A stretch of DNA of 64,000 bases from Eledone cirrhosa (GCA_964016885.1 OZ024743.1:42718001-42782000); one strand, 5' to 3'; shown: positions 13,034-25,869, counted from the first letter of the stretch. Numbers and translations: made by a program. Notes: generated by a model from the letters alone, not told the origin.

Positions 13034-13236
13034 AAGGGTGTTTCAAACAGATTGATGTTATTTGAGATGTAAATATCCATAAATTACGTCTAGGACAACA
13101 TGATAGGACAGGCTTAATGTTGAGCAAGATGAAAGGTTTTGCTCAAAATATGTCATTATAACACTGATTCACGATATATATTTTAATATGACAACTCTGG
13201 GAAGAGGCATGATATCAATGTCTTTGAAACACCCTG
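13034..13236. mobile_element. Tc1/mariner-type MITE
   Basis: Imperfect ~27 bp TIRs (AAGGGTGTTTCAAA... / ...TTTGAAACACCCTG), each flanked by TA. Confidence 0.7.
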
Positions 13237-14073
13237 TATTGTTACAACATCCAATAATACGCCTTGTGTCATTCTGAGTTCAAATCCTAATTAGATCAAC
13301 CTTGCGTACTAAATATTTAAAATAATTATATACTCAACTTATTTATTCGAATTAATAATTAGTATATGATCTATTCATCTCCGATTTCTAAATTGAAAGA
13401 CTGTGCATGGACCTATATGGAAGTACAGTATTTCATCATTCTGAAGTACAGTATTTCACCATTTCACTGAGTATGTCCAAGAGAAAGAAAACGGCCGATT
13501 GATTTTGGTCCCCTCTTATCGCGAACGTAGCCTTTAGAACACAAACCGCCTAATCACATACTACATATCATCTCGTTCGAGACCTTATCTTATCCGCCAA
13601 TTCCCTGCAATAAATTGGTACTTTATTTATCAACCCCGTAAAATAACATTAGCTGGGAAGTTACCTGTTTTTGTTTTTGTTTTGCTGTCTTCTGCTTCTC
13701 TTTTATTGTTTTCAATCATTGAACTACAGTAATGCTGGGCGTCACCATAAATATATGTATTCGACCATATCCACCTCAGTACTTATTGTTACAATCATTT
13801 TGTCGAACAGTTATACTACGGGACAGTTGCAGACACAAATGTATGCATTTGTGTGTGTGTGTGTATGCAGATACAACTGTGTGTGTATGTATGAAGACAC
13901 AAATGCTTATGTGTATGTATGTGTTCTTGTGTGTGTGTATGTGTGTGTGTGTATGTGTGTGTATATATGTGTGTGTGTGTATGTGTGTGTGTGTATGCAA
14001 AATGCAAACATAATTAACACGGTGCAATGAAAACATATATTATTAGTTTTACGCTTGATATAGTGGGAAAAGT

Positions 14074-14108
14074 TTCTTAACATTTCAGACGCTAGTCCTT
14101 CATCTGAA
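14074..14108 (-). ncRNA. Degenerate PLE hammerhead motif related to 41907-41944
   Basis: Reverse complement CAGATGA AGGACTAGCGTCT GAAA TGTT AAGA. Confidence 0.55.
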
Positions 14109-14431
14109 AATAAAATAAAAATTAAAGAAGCAATAGAAAGGTAGAATGGACTCGGCAATGGCAGAAACGAAAATAAAAGGCATTCTCGAGAAAACACAGG
14201 TCTGTTCACGTCCACATCATTTAGAAAATTGTAGATACTGGCGTTTTGTACAAGACAATCTGGTTTTAAACCGCGGTAATCGAATGTATCTGGCTACACG
14301 GAAATGTGTTAATATATATATAAATCCTTGCATATATGAAGATTGTATCACAACATGATTGCCGATTATAGATTTGATTCTTGTAAAAATACATATAAGA
14401 AGTCATATGAAGCTTACAACACCACATTAAA

Positions 14432-14500
<69 letters not shown>

Positions 14501-14737
14501 AAAATTAATATAAATATAAATGAATTTAATCTAAATCAAAATTATGGGTGGCATGCCAGAAAGACATGCGCCATATCACCCGCAACAGGGAAGATTAATC
14601 ATATTATAAGGTATCTATTTTTGAAGTTCTGGTTAACTTTATTTAGTTACCTACCTAGCTATGTGTGCTTACACACTTGTAAAAATTATCTCCTGTGATT
14701 ATTCATGTTTATTTATATGTTAATCAATTTCTAGTTA

Positions 14738-14799
<62 letters not shown>

Positions 14800-14890
14800 C
14801 AATATGCAAATCTGGTCGATCAGTCGCTGTATATTTTAGGGAATAGCATATATTTTCACTAGCTCTGACAGTTGGCAGGTGAACAGTGAG

Positions 14891-14934
14891 CTGTACTGAT
14901 GAAGGGTGATACCCAGAAATACTAGTTTCTGCAG
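14891..14934 (+). ncRNA. Type I hammerhead motif in PLE-like end (~14780-15060)
   Basis: CTGTA CTGATGA AGGGTGATACCCA GAAA TACTAGTT TC TGCAG; related diverged copy at 51382-51421 (-). Confidence 0.7.
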
Positions 14935-15062
14935 TTCTGTTTACATGCCAACACAAGAGCAAAATGAAGGGTTCATTCTACTGTCATGGCTTTAAAATGA
15001 GGCTTGTTTGCATAATTGCAAACGAATCGAATGTTATAAATATTCGAAAAACTCAGATTACA

Positions 15063-15980
15063 TTTATATATATATATAAAACCGAGGTTGTCTGTCTATC
15101 TGTCTGTCTACTAAAACGGTCGGCACACATCTTTTAAACCGTACGTTCAAATTTCGGTGAAATTTCTATACTTATAGATGAAGCTCCGGCAGAGACATCG
15201 GTCAAAAAGGTTTTCAAATGGACCCACGCCAAGTGCAAAAATCGAATTTGTAATGTATTGATTTTTCAGTTCAAATGTATAAATAGAGATGAGAGACGAG
15301 TTATTTCCTTTTTATGGCGTCATTCTGCTTATCTATTTATGTTACGAATAAACGACGCGTGCAAAAGTACAAAAATACACGAACAACTTTCGAGCCAGCT
15401 ACATTTTAACCTGCAAAATTCATAAGTTCGAAATTTCAACGTTAAGCTTCCATTTTGATTCATTTCCATTAAAACATCTTTTAAAACAATATTTTTACTT
15501 GAAAACAAGCCTATTTTAATACATCGTAAAACAAGCAAATATTTTGTAAAAAAAAGCATTGATCTCGAATAAAGCCTTATGAGATTTTCATTTAGAAGCA
15601 ATGATTTTAAACGACAGACAGATAACGCATTTTTTTGTTTTGTTTTTCATATCCATCCAATTTATTGTTTTAAAATAACTGATAGTTTGGTTACGCTGAT
15701 ATTTTTCTCTGAGACAAGTGTTACAGTGTTTACATTTTCGATTTTTGTTAATAAATTACCAGTGCAGTTTTTTTTATCCCCAGCATCCTCTTTTGTTTTA
15801 ACATTCGGGTTATGGTTATGTTTATTTAACTTCATAAGTCATACTGTTGGTTGAGGGAATATTAATCAAAAGCACCACATGAAAGTCTACACTGTAGATT
15901 CTACAGCTTTTAAGCCAAGAAAGGAACTTAACATTGTAACTTTAACACAGCTACTGAGCAACGCCGGGTTTTACTACTAG
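15063..15980 (+). mobile_element. Non-autonomous Helitron
   Basis: 5' ~420 bp shared with 38545-38965; (TCTG)n near the 5' end; 3' hairpin remnant ACTGAGCAACGCCGGGT then CTAG|T. Confidence 0.8.
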
Positions 15981-16316
15981 TATATATATATAACTCTAAT
16001 ACATGTAAACGAAATGTTGAATTCTGAACGCTGTGTCACTATGAATGAAAATAACTTTAAAAATCGTGTACAATACCCATAAGGAAAGAAACTAATTGGC
16101 CTATATCCAATAAACTGTTGAGTGGGTTGGCCATATTTTTCTCACTTTAAAGGTATTTATTTCTAAAGCTAGTTCTATTTATAATGATTCTGTTTGAATT
16201 TCAACGGTTCAAATTTTAAAATATACAAACACCTCTATAAAGACGTGAGAAACCTATATATCTACATATACAAATATACAAATATACAAATATACTTATA
16301 TATTTGTATATTTGTA

Positions 16317-16365
<49 letters not shown>

Positions 16366-16409
16366 AAGTTAAATAAAAGTCAAATGATTAAAATTTAGCT
16401 TCGTTTATT

Positions 16410-16464
16410 ACTGCTATATATATTTCAGTGACAGCCATCTTTGGCTGTGACCTCTTCAGGCAGT
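16410..16464 (-). ncRNA. Canonical type I hammerhead motif (family E)
   Basis: ACTGC CTGAAGA GGTCACAGCCAAAGATGGCTGTCACT GAAA T ATAT ATA GCAGT. Confidence 0.88.
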
Positions 16465-16826
16465 TTGAATTAGTATGGTATAGACAAGTACATATGTTGT
16501 TTAGGTGTATGATATTGTCAATACTCTGATATGCCCAGTTCCTTGTTGGGTTGTTAATTCACTGGGGAACTGGAGTCATATGACTCTTCAGGCAGTTTGA
16601 ATTAGTATGGTATAGACAAGTACATATGTTGTTTAGGTGTATGATATTGTCAATACTCTGATATGCCCAGTTCCTTGTTGGGTTGTTAATTCACTGGGGA
16701 ACAGGAGTCATATGACTCCAGTTCCCCAGTGAATTAACAACCCAACAAGGAACTGGGTATATCAGAGTTTTGACAATATCATACACCTAAACAACATATG
16801 TACTTGTCTATACCATACTAATTCAA

Positions 16827-16881
16827 ACTGCCTGAAGAGGTCAAAGCCAAAGATGGCTGTCACTGAAATATATATAGCAGT
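16827..16881 (+). ncRNA. Canonical type I hammerhead motif (family E)
   Basis: Same motif on the opposite arm. Confidence 0.85.
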
Positions 16882-17022
16882 AATAAATGAAGCTAAATTT
16901 TAATCATTTGACTTTTATTTAACTTTATTTTACACTACTCCGGAGTAACCAAACCAACCTGCGCACTTCGTCGAGTGCTCCAGCGTGCATACTGAGGTGT
17001 TGGTATACAACCAACATAAACT

Positions 17023-17084
<62 letters not shown>

Positions 17085-17147
17085 CTATACTATATATATA
17101 TATATATTACTATACTATATATATATATATATATAGTATAGTAATAT

Positions 17148-17558
17148 AATAATACAAAGACGATTTGTTAAGCCTTCATTACGGCGTTTATAGATTGGTG
17201 ACGCACGTTTCACTGTTGATCAGCTCAAGGTACGATGTGTATCGATCTGGCCCGACTCTGGAATCAAAAGCTCGTCGGACCTCTGCTGTTGTAATGACAT
17301 TACAACACCACAGGTCCGCCGTGCTTTTGATTTCAGAGTCGGGCCAGATCGATACAGATCGAACATTGAGCTGATTAATAGCGAGACGCGCGTCACCAAT
17401 CAATAAACGTAATTAAGACTTAACAAATCGTCCTTGCATTGTGATATTGTTATATTATTATCTTACACTATATCTAGCCTTCCGCCTCGCTACTGACGTG
17501 AACCCAAACACCTAGTGCTCACCTGAGTGAAACTATAGTAGCTTCAGGTTACACTCCC

Positions 17559-17560
<2 letters not shown>
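17148..17560. mobile_element. Fold-back element, family G
   Basis: Diverged palindrome centred near 17297 with tail at right; CCGACGA hammerhead-like motif at 17197-17281 (-), degenerate copy at 17313-17397 (+). Confidence 0.8.
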
Positions 17561-17608
<48 letters not shown>

Positions 17609-17613
<5 letters not shown>

Positions 17614-18032
17614 AGATCAAAAGATGGTTAAAGGAGTTCCATGTATTTTATTATGCGCATTTCAAAAACAAACATCATCATGCAATAATATTTGTGTTTT
17701 CATCAGATAAAACAGGAGAACATGATATGAAGGCTAAAAAACACTTGTGGATAGTGCAGTTTTAAATCAACATATCAACATATGTTGATTTAAAACTGCA
17801 CTATCCACAAGTGTTTTTTAGCCTTCATATCATGTACTCCTGTTCTATCTGATGAAAACACAAATATTATTGCATGATGATGTTTGTTTTTGAAATGCGC
17901 ATAATAAAATACATGGAACTCATTTAACCATCTTTTGATCTTATATTATATATACTCCAGTCCTACAAACTGTAGAGTGCTTCTTATCCGATATCTGCAT
18001 TGCTTTATTGTACTACAATAAAACTCACCTCC

Positions 18033-18035
<3 letters not shown>
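17609..18035. mobile_element. Fold-back element, family F
   Basis: Palindrome centred near 17780; hammerheads at 17646-17712 (-) and 17843-17909 (+); tail ends CCTCCTAC exactly as at 9162. Confidence 0.88.
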
Positions 18036-18087
<52 letters not shown>

Positions 18088-19120
18088 ATAATAATACGTT
18101 TGAAGACTAAAATCCATAAATAAATCAATATCTTAATAGCTGACATTGTAAGTGATTGTCAGTCGCTTACAGTCATCGTAATCTAGAACATGGCGACTCT
18201 TTTTAAAATATCGAAATGAAAACCATATACACACAAATGACTTAACAAATGTTCAGGCACTTTAAGGAAGCAGTATGTAAACCCATACTAAAAACAAAGC
18301 AGGGATGGAATAGCATCAAACCACAACCTAGTGACATATGGCAACCATATAAGGACATATATGGATTGTCAAACAGGAGAGTGTAGAGATACAGCCACAA
18401 GCGTGGAAATGTGAAAGTATCAATCCACATGTACACCAATAGAGAAATAACCTCATACGAAGACAGAGGAGATGTTAACAATCTAAAGACAAATGCACTA
18501 TTAACGCACATGTACATATACACCGAAAAATTCCCACTATATAAAGGCACACATGCATGCACATTAGGGCGTTTCATATTTATAGGGAATAATGTTTTAT
18601 GTGCAAATCTCCTCATGTCTATTGCGACTTGAATCGACTTCACAAGTAAAAATACGACGCGATATGGACATATATAGAGCTTGGTCATTTTGGTGCTTTT
18701 TTCGCTGTTATGCCCCTTAAAATGAAAAACATTGGCTTCAACACTTGTTGATTGTAGCCAAGTTTCAGTTTTTGTCCGTTTTTTCGGTGTACATGTTGCA
18801 GACATTTTTATCTTTTATAGGATGCTAAATAAAGAAGTAATAGACCATAAACTTAAACTATGTTTGTAGAAATAAATTTAGTTCGATGATTTATTTTTAT
18901 TGTACATACAAATAAGCAGTATTTGGTATCATGTAGGTGAGGGGAACTTCCCTAATTCTATTTTGGTAATTCAACAAAATAATGAATTAACAATAAAGTT
19001 ATCATGTAAGGTACATTGTATTGTTGATTCAGAGGTGCTTTTGGTAGTGTGTAGTAATCACCTTGGTTTTCGTCAAGTTCCATCGGTTATTTTTTACACA
19101 CACACGCACACACGCCACAC

Positions 19121-19219
<99 letters not shown>

Positions 19220-19547
19220 ATATATGAAAAGACGGCTGAGCTCCGGCTGTTTCGATAGCTAGATCCGAACTAAGCGGCTTGTAATAGAACGGCCGGAATT
19301 TAGCTGATCTTAGCAAGTGGGTACAGTTCATATATGGGCAAAAAAGCAAAGATAAGACCAAGCAAACATTCTTAAAAGCATGTTGTTTTTCTTGTGTGTC
19401 ACGGGGAGTGGTCAGTGATCCGGAATATCATGTAAATAGTTTATTTTAAACAGGTAGCTGTCACGGGCCTAGTGAGAAATCTTAGAGGTGGTGGAGATTC
19501 TGCTTTAGGTTTCAATCCAGCACGAGAGATACATGTAGAGTTTCTTA

Positions 19548-19629
<82 letters not shown>

Positions 19630-19636
<7 letters not shown>

Positions 19637-20012
19637 CTGTTTCTCACCTTCTCACTTCCTTCCGTTCGCTACTAGTGGGGTTCCTTCTTTCTCACACCGC
19701 ACTCACGGCGTACTGCCTGCTTCTCTGACCGCTCATGAAATTCACCCACCTTATGCTGATCGGATAACTACCATGTGGCTTGCTGTTTTCCAACCTTCGG
19801 TTTGCTTTTCCTTCTCTTGTTTACTTGTCTCACTCGCTTTACTCGTTTCACTTGTCCCAATAGCTTATTTTAGTTATTGCTCGCACCAACCTGAGGTATC
19901 TGATTTTTAATGCGATGAAATACCAATGATGGTTGGCAAAATCACTGATGAGGGACTAATTTTATAATATGTAATCTATGTGCAACCATGCAGTATTCTT
20001 CTTCCCCTTGTT

Positions 20013-20017
<5 letters not shown>
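19630..20017 (+). mobile_element. (TA)n-embedded element, family K (no hammerhead found; K-turn-like motif)
   Basis: 3' part homologous to 55850-56030 and 62850-62946. Confidence 0.65.
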
Positions 20018-20056
<39 letters not shown>

Positions 20057-20177
20057 CACTTGAGACTTTCAGTAACATATGACATCCCATCTGTTACACA
20101 CTATATTAGTAATTACATTAAGTTTATGAACATTTTATTATTACAGTTCATGTTATCGCAGGCATACTCAATAATGC

Positions 20178-20221
<44 letters not shown>

Positions 20222-20322
20222 ATACTTTGGGAGGGTGATGTTGCCAATAAGATTATATATATATACGCACAAAAAGTACATGTATAGGTATATAATATAA
20301 TAAATGATTTTAGTTTATATAA

Positions 20323-20357
<35 letters not shown>

Positions 20358-21076
20358 AATATATATATATACGCACAAAAAGTACATGTATAGGTATATA
20401 ATATAATAAATGATTTTAGTTTATATATTTCTTATTCTTTATATACTTCGATTGCAATTCAGTTCGTAATATATTTGAAGTTATTGACAAGTAATTCAAT
20501 TCCATTCAATTGAATTAAATGAGATTATATTAAGAATAGAATAATAATCAAATAAATTTGTGAGAGGGATTCGGAATAATATCGTCCCTTATTTCTTAGA
20601 GAAAATACTGTTCTATATAATGTACATATATATATGTGTGAAAGTGTATCTATAAATGTGTATCGCTATTGTATGCTATATTTCTATTTTACTCTTTTAC
20701 TCTTTTACCTTTTACAGCCATCCGGCTGAGGCCTTGCTGGAGCACTGCCCTTGTTGCTACACATTTTATCTCCAGCCTGTATTGGTTGGCCACCGGTGTA
20801 AGAGGGAGTTTGTTGCTGCTGCCCTTAGGTTTCACCCGTGCCTTGCTGTGAGCTCATCCGGGATCCTGGATAGCAAGGTGTCAAGATGTTTCTTGAGGAC
20901 AACCACCTCCACACCATGCAGATCTCTCAGATCCCTTGGCAGCTTGTTGAAGAGTTGAGGGCCCTTGAATCCCATGCTATTGCAAAATCTGCTCCTTATT
21001 CTAGATGTGGAGGACGGCAGCACACAGTGACGTCCTGTTCGACGGTTGGTGCAGCTCCCAATGCCAAAGTTTGGTG

Positions 21077-22867
21077 CTAGTCCCTCAGGATTTTCGACAT
21101 GTAGATTACTGCGTATCTCTCCCGCCTTCGTTCCAAGGAGTAGACGTTAAGTTCTTTTAGCCTCTCCCAGTAGCTTATCTCCTTCATCGTGGCAATCCTC
21201 TTGGTGTAGCTTCCCTGGATTGCCTCGAGCTTCGTGGTTTGTTTGACACTATGGGGTGACCACAACTGGGAGCAATAGTCCAGGCGGCTTAGGACAAATG
21301 TCCTCCATAGTTTCAACATGGTGTCGCGGTCTCTTGTCTGGTAAGTCCTCAAGATCCAGCCAGCGAGTCGTCTGCACATTGTAGCCACTTTCATGATGTG
21401 TAAGGAACAAGATGCATCATCGCTCATGTCTATACCCAGGTCTCGTATCGATTTTGACACAGGGATATCGGTCCCCTCTGGTCCTGCGTAACTATGTTGT
21501 ACTGTATTTGTGTTTGCAGGTTTGTATTGTAGGGCTTGCAATTTGCCAGCATTGAACAGCATGTTGTTTTCTTCCGCCCATTTGTATATGGCATCCAGAT
21601 CTTGTTGTAAAAGGGCAGCGTCAGCCGGGTTTTTGATTGCCTGTGCTACCTTAGTGTCATCAGCATAGCTAGTGAGGGATGTTGTTGTATGTACTACAGA
21701 GGCCATGACTGAGAGAGCCACCAAAAACAGTAGTGGTCCCAGGACTGTTCCTTGGGGTACCCCACTTGTTATTGGTGTTTCCTTTGAGAAGGCCCCGTTT
21801 TCTGCAACTGTCTGGCTTCTGTCCTTTAAGAAGTCATATAGCCACTCACCTACTTTTCCAGTTATGCCGAGTCCGTGTAGTTTGTGATATATCATTCCGT
21901 GGTCGACCTTATCAAAGGCCTTTGCAAAGTCAAGATATATCACGTCCACGTGTGAGCTGTCTAGCAGTTGTTTCAGAACCCAGTCATAGTGATGTAGCAG
22001 CTGTCTAAGGCAGCTTCTTCTTGGGCGGAAGCCATGCTGCGCGCTAGTCAGGCAGTCATTTTCCTCGAGGAAAGTGATCAGTTTCTTTCTGACGACTCGC
22101 TCCATGACCTTACTGATATGCGACGTCAGGGAGACTGGCCTATAGTTTTTGGCCTCTGCTCTGCTACCTGTTTTATGGATAGAGCATATAGTGCCTTCTT
22201 TCAGCTCCCTAGGAAGTATACCGCTAGCCAAGGAGCTTCTGAAGAGCATCTTCAGTGGAGTTGCTAAGGCCCGCTTACATGTTTTTAAGAGGGCTGCTGG
22301 GAATCCATCAGGTCCAGCAGCTGAGTCTGTTCTAATTTCATCTATGGCGTATACCACATCCTCCGTTATGTCTATGATGGTCGCCATTTCTTCATGTAGT
22401 GTTGTGGCATCAAAGAACTCCTCTGACTTTGTTATTTGCATGTGCCTCAGTGGACATGTGAACACACTTTTGTACTGTTCGTTCAGTATTTTACATATCT
22501 CTTGGGGATTCTCCGTTAATGAACCGTCTGTATGGAAGAGTGGTCCAATATTGCAGTGTACCGAGGCAGTTTCTTTTGGAAATTTAAAGAAGGCCTTAGG
22601 GTTTGTTTTAATGTTTTCTGTGGCCCTGCTTTCTTTCTTTGCCCTCTCATTTTCATGGGAAATTTTGAGTGCAATCTCGGTGCCAAGTAGTGCACGTTTC
22701 AAATAGGATTCCTTCTTGTTTTTGTTTTCTTGTTGTGCATTCAAGTGGTTTGAGAGCTTGGTTCTACGTCTCATAAGGATTTTGCTATCTTTGGGAATAA
22801 GATTTTTGTGTCTGTTTGCCTTTTTCTCCGGGACAAACATTTTGCATATAGTGTATATCGTTGTCAT
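21077..22867 (-). pseudogene. LINE ORF2 reverse transcriptase portion
   Basis: Motifs AAGPDG, NYRPVSLTS, QHGFRP, YLDFAKAFDKVDH, GVPQGTVLGPLLF, YADD, SLERRRERY; frameshifted continuation to ~20800. Confidence 0.95.
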
Positions 22868-22869
22868 AA

Positions 22870-23790
22870 AGTGTTGAAATTGTGTGTTGGTGTCTTGTGT
22901 GGTGGTCTTTTCGCTCCGTGTTTGCTTCCAGATTTCTCTCTTGATCTTTTTTTAGTTAGTCTTGTAGAAGATAAGGCTGGATAACGTCCTGGTGCTTCTT
23001 GATGGTTTTGTCTCTGTTGGTTCTCTCGGACCACATATCATTAGTTCTACTAAGTTATGATCCGAGAAAATTGTTGGTGTCACCTTTACATTGTGGACGA
23101 GCATTTCATTGTTTGTAAAACAGAGGTCCAGCACAATTTCGCCTCTTGTTGGAAGGAGTATTGCTTTTTATGTGAACATATTGCCTGTGTGTGAGGGCCA
23201 GCAGGGATTCCGTCTCTCTATGTTCTATTGACGTCATTCCAGGGAGGAGGTGGCCCTCAGGCCATTTGACCTTTGGCAGGTTGAAGTCTCCCAGCAGTAG
23301 AATGTTGAGTCCCTGGTCCAGTTTGTCAAAGACCTCTTCTATCCTACTGAGGCTTCCTCAAATTTACCCTCATGACTGGGGGCATCGTGCGGCCGATATA
23401 TGACACATATTACTGTCTGTAGTTGCTTCATATGCACTATCAGTGTGTCACAGACTGAGTTTGAATGTGTCAATAGTACAATTGGTGTGACATCACGGAT
23501 ATACAGAGCAACCCCACATGAGTTCTCTCCTTCCTGTCCGAACGAAATACAGTATATTTCGGTATATGTATTTCTGCATCTGATATACTGCTTGTCAGGT
23601 GCGTTTCGGTTAGTGCCATGCATAATGCTTGATTGCTTATGGCTAAGTCTCCCAGGTAGGACATTTTACTCATGTTACTGAGTTTCATCAGGCCTCTGAC
23701 ATTCAGCAGCAGCACTGGTGTGGCTTTTGGGGTGCCAGTAATGGCTGTCGGTATGACACCTGGTCTGGTGTCAGCGGCGGTCACTCTCAA
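22870..23790 (-). pseudogene. LINE ORF2 APE endonuclease, split by frameshifts
   Basis: LLLNVRGL, ALTETHL, GVALYIR, VIYRP, LLGDFNLP, LDLCFTN and SDHNLV spread across frames. Confidence 0.92.
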
Positions 23791-23799
23791 TCCCTTAGA

Positions 23800-24600
23800 T
23801 GTGGTGGTCTCGAGTACTGGTGTGGGTGACCCTGGCTCTGGAAACGATGCAACCAGGTCAGCTGTCCCACAATCTTCTCTGCCATCACTAAAAAAATGTT
23901 TCTACTCTGCTGCTGCCATCTGTATATCGTCGGCATGTGCGTACCTTCTTTTGTTGGCGCGGCACGCGCAGCATCAGCATACTTCTGGAGCGGCTTGTTT
24001 CGGCTTTGGCTGGGGCATATTGCGCGAGTAGAATGGGCATAGTTCGTGGGCAAATCTGCATCCCATCCCTGTCTCTCCATGCCAGCAGGTCCCGTTCCTG
24101 AAAAACTTGCACATTACGTGGGTTTTCTTGCTCCCAGTGTCTCGGTGCTTTCTGTTCTTCCTTTGAACAGTTGTCCACTGGTCCCGCTGCGTTTGGTTCT
24201 CCTTCGGAAGGTGATTTAGCTTCTCACTTTTACCTTTTGCTTGTTGGTTGCCCGGCCTGCCATCCCTGACTGTTGCGGCGGGTTTCTCATGTTCTTTGAG
24301 GTCCGTGCTTGTGCTTTCTTTCTTTTCTTTTTCTTCTCCTTTCTCTTCGTTTTTCTCCTCCTTGAGGACACGGCTTAGCATCGCCATATGAGGACATAGG
24401 CTTTCTCGATTGCTTTTCTCTTTCTCTCTATCTTTGCCAGGGTCCTCAGAAACCCATGGCTCTTCAGGGTCTCCGCAATCTCTTTGCTTGGTGGTGACCC
24501 ATCAGCCAGGCTCCACCCCTTGATTAAAACCGCTAGTTCCATCTTTGACCAGTTTCGCTGACTCCTAATTTCACATTTTCCCTGTATGCAGTCCATTTCC
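23800..24600 (-). pseudogene. LINE ORF1 with CCCH zinc finger, frameshifted
   Basis: CKFFRNGTCWHGETGMGCRFAH in ORF 23974-24387; upstream of and co-oriented with ORF2. Confidence 0.75.
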
Positions 24601-24704
24601 CTATGGAGGAGAGAAAGAGAGATAGTGGGAAGGGTAGGGTAGAGGTTAGAGAGGGACAGAGGGAGATATAAGTCCAGTGAGAAATTTAAGGAGTGATTTA
24701 GAGG

Positions 24705-24811
<107 letters not shown>

Positions 24812-25869
24812 TGCGATCTAGAGAGAGAGAAAAATAAAAATAAACAGAACAAAAGAAAGGGGGAGAGAGACAGAAAAGAGGAGCGAGAGAGATAGCGGGA
24901 AGAGTGGGGGCAAAGGTTAGAGAGAGAGGGAGATAGATAAGTCCGGTGAGAAATTCAAGGTGCGATTTAGAGAGAGAGAGTGAGAGAGAGATAGATAGAG
25001 AGAGAGAGAGCTCATGTGATCTAGAGAGAGAGAGAGATAGATAGAGAGAGAGGGGAAGGAAGAAGGAGAGAGACAGAGACAGCGTGAGAAATAGCAATGC
25101 AGAGAGAGAGAGAGCGGTCAAAGAGAACTATAAATATTAGTAATTAATATCGTTCAAATAACATTTCGCGCTTAAAACACCAAAAACAAAGTGAAAAACA
25201 AATGATATCAACATGAAATATAAAAGGAGACAGAATAAATTAAGATAAAATAAAATAAGATAAATTTAAAATAAATTAAATGAATGAACCCCAAATAAGT
25301 TAAAGATATAGAAACACAAAGATTTATGTAAGTTGTATATAAGCTGATTTCAAATGTTTGTATATAAGTTGATTTCAAATGTTTGTATATAAGTTGATTT
25401 CAAATGTTTGTTTACAAATATAAATAACAGGAACCGTATATAGTGACCGTAGTTATTGTAATATCAATATGTCAAACACAACAACAAACACACATGCTCA
25501 CCGAGTCAAAAATAAAAATAAAATAATATTAAATTAAATTATGTTACTAAAAAAAAACAAAATAATACAAAATTTACTTAAATTAAATTAAATTACGTAC
25601 TAGCTTTCTATACTCTGTATGGTAGACAAAGAAAGAAAGAAGGAAAGCACGTGTGTCTGTTGCTTTTAGAAGAATATCACACAGTGAAAATAAATTCAGT
25701 TAAAACGCTAATATAAAAATAATCGCGTCAAAGCACAAAAAACTTATTTTTTTGTATGTTTTCCTTGTCTTCTGAAAAATTACAGCAGTACATAAAACCG
25801 ATTACTGTCGTCTTAAAATTTCAAGTGTCGACGCTCAGGAATGCACGTTCGTGCCAACAAGCTGCCAAG

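Larger units (their letters stand above)
16361..17026. mobile_element. Fold-back element, family E
   Basis: Palindrome centred on GAGTCATATGACTC (~16711), internal 132 bp duplication, ~95 nt tail at right, (TA)n flanks. Confidence 0.88.
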
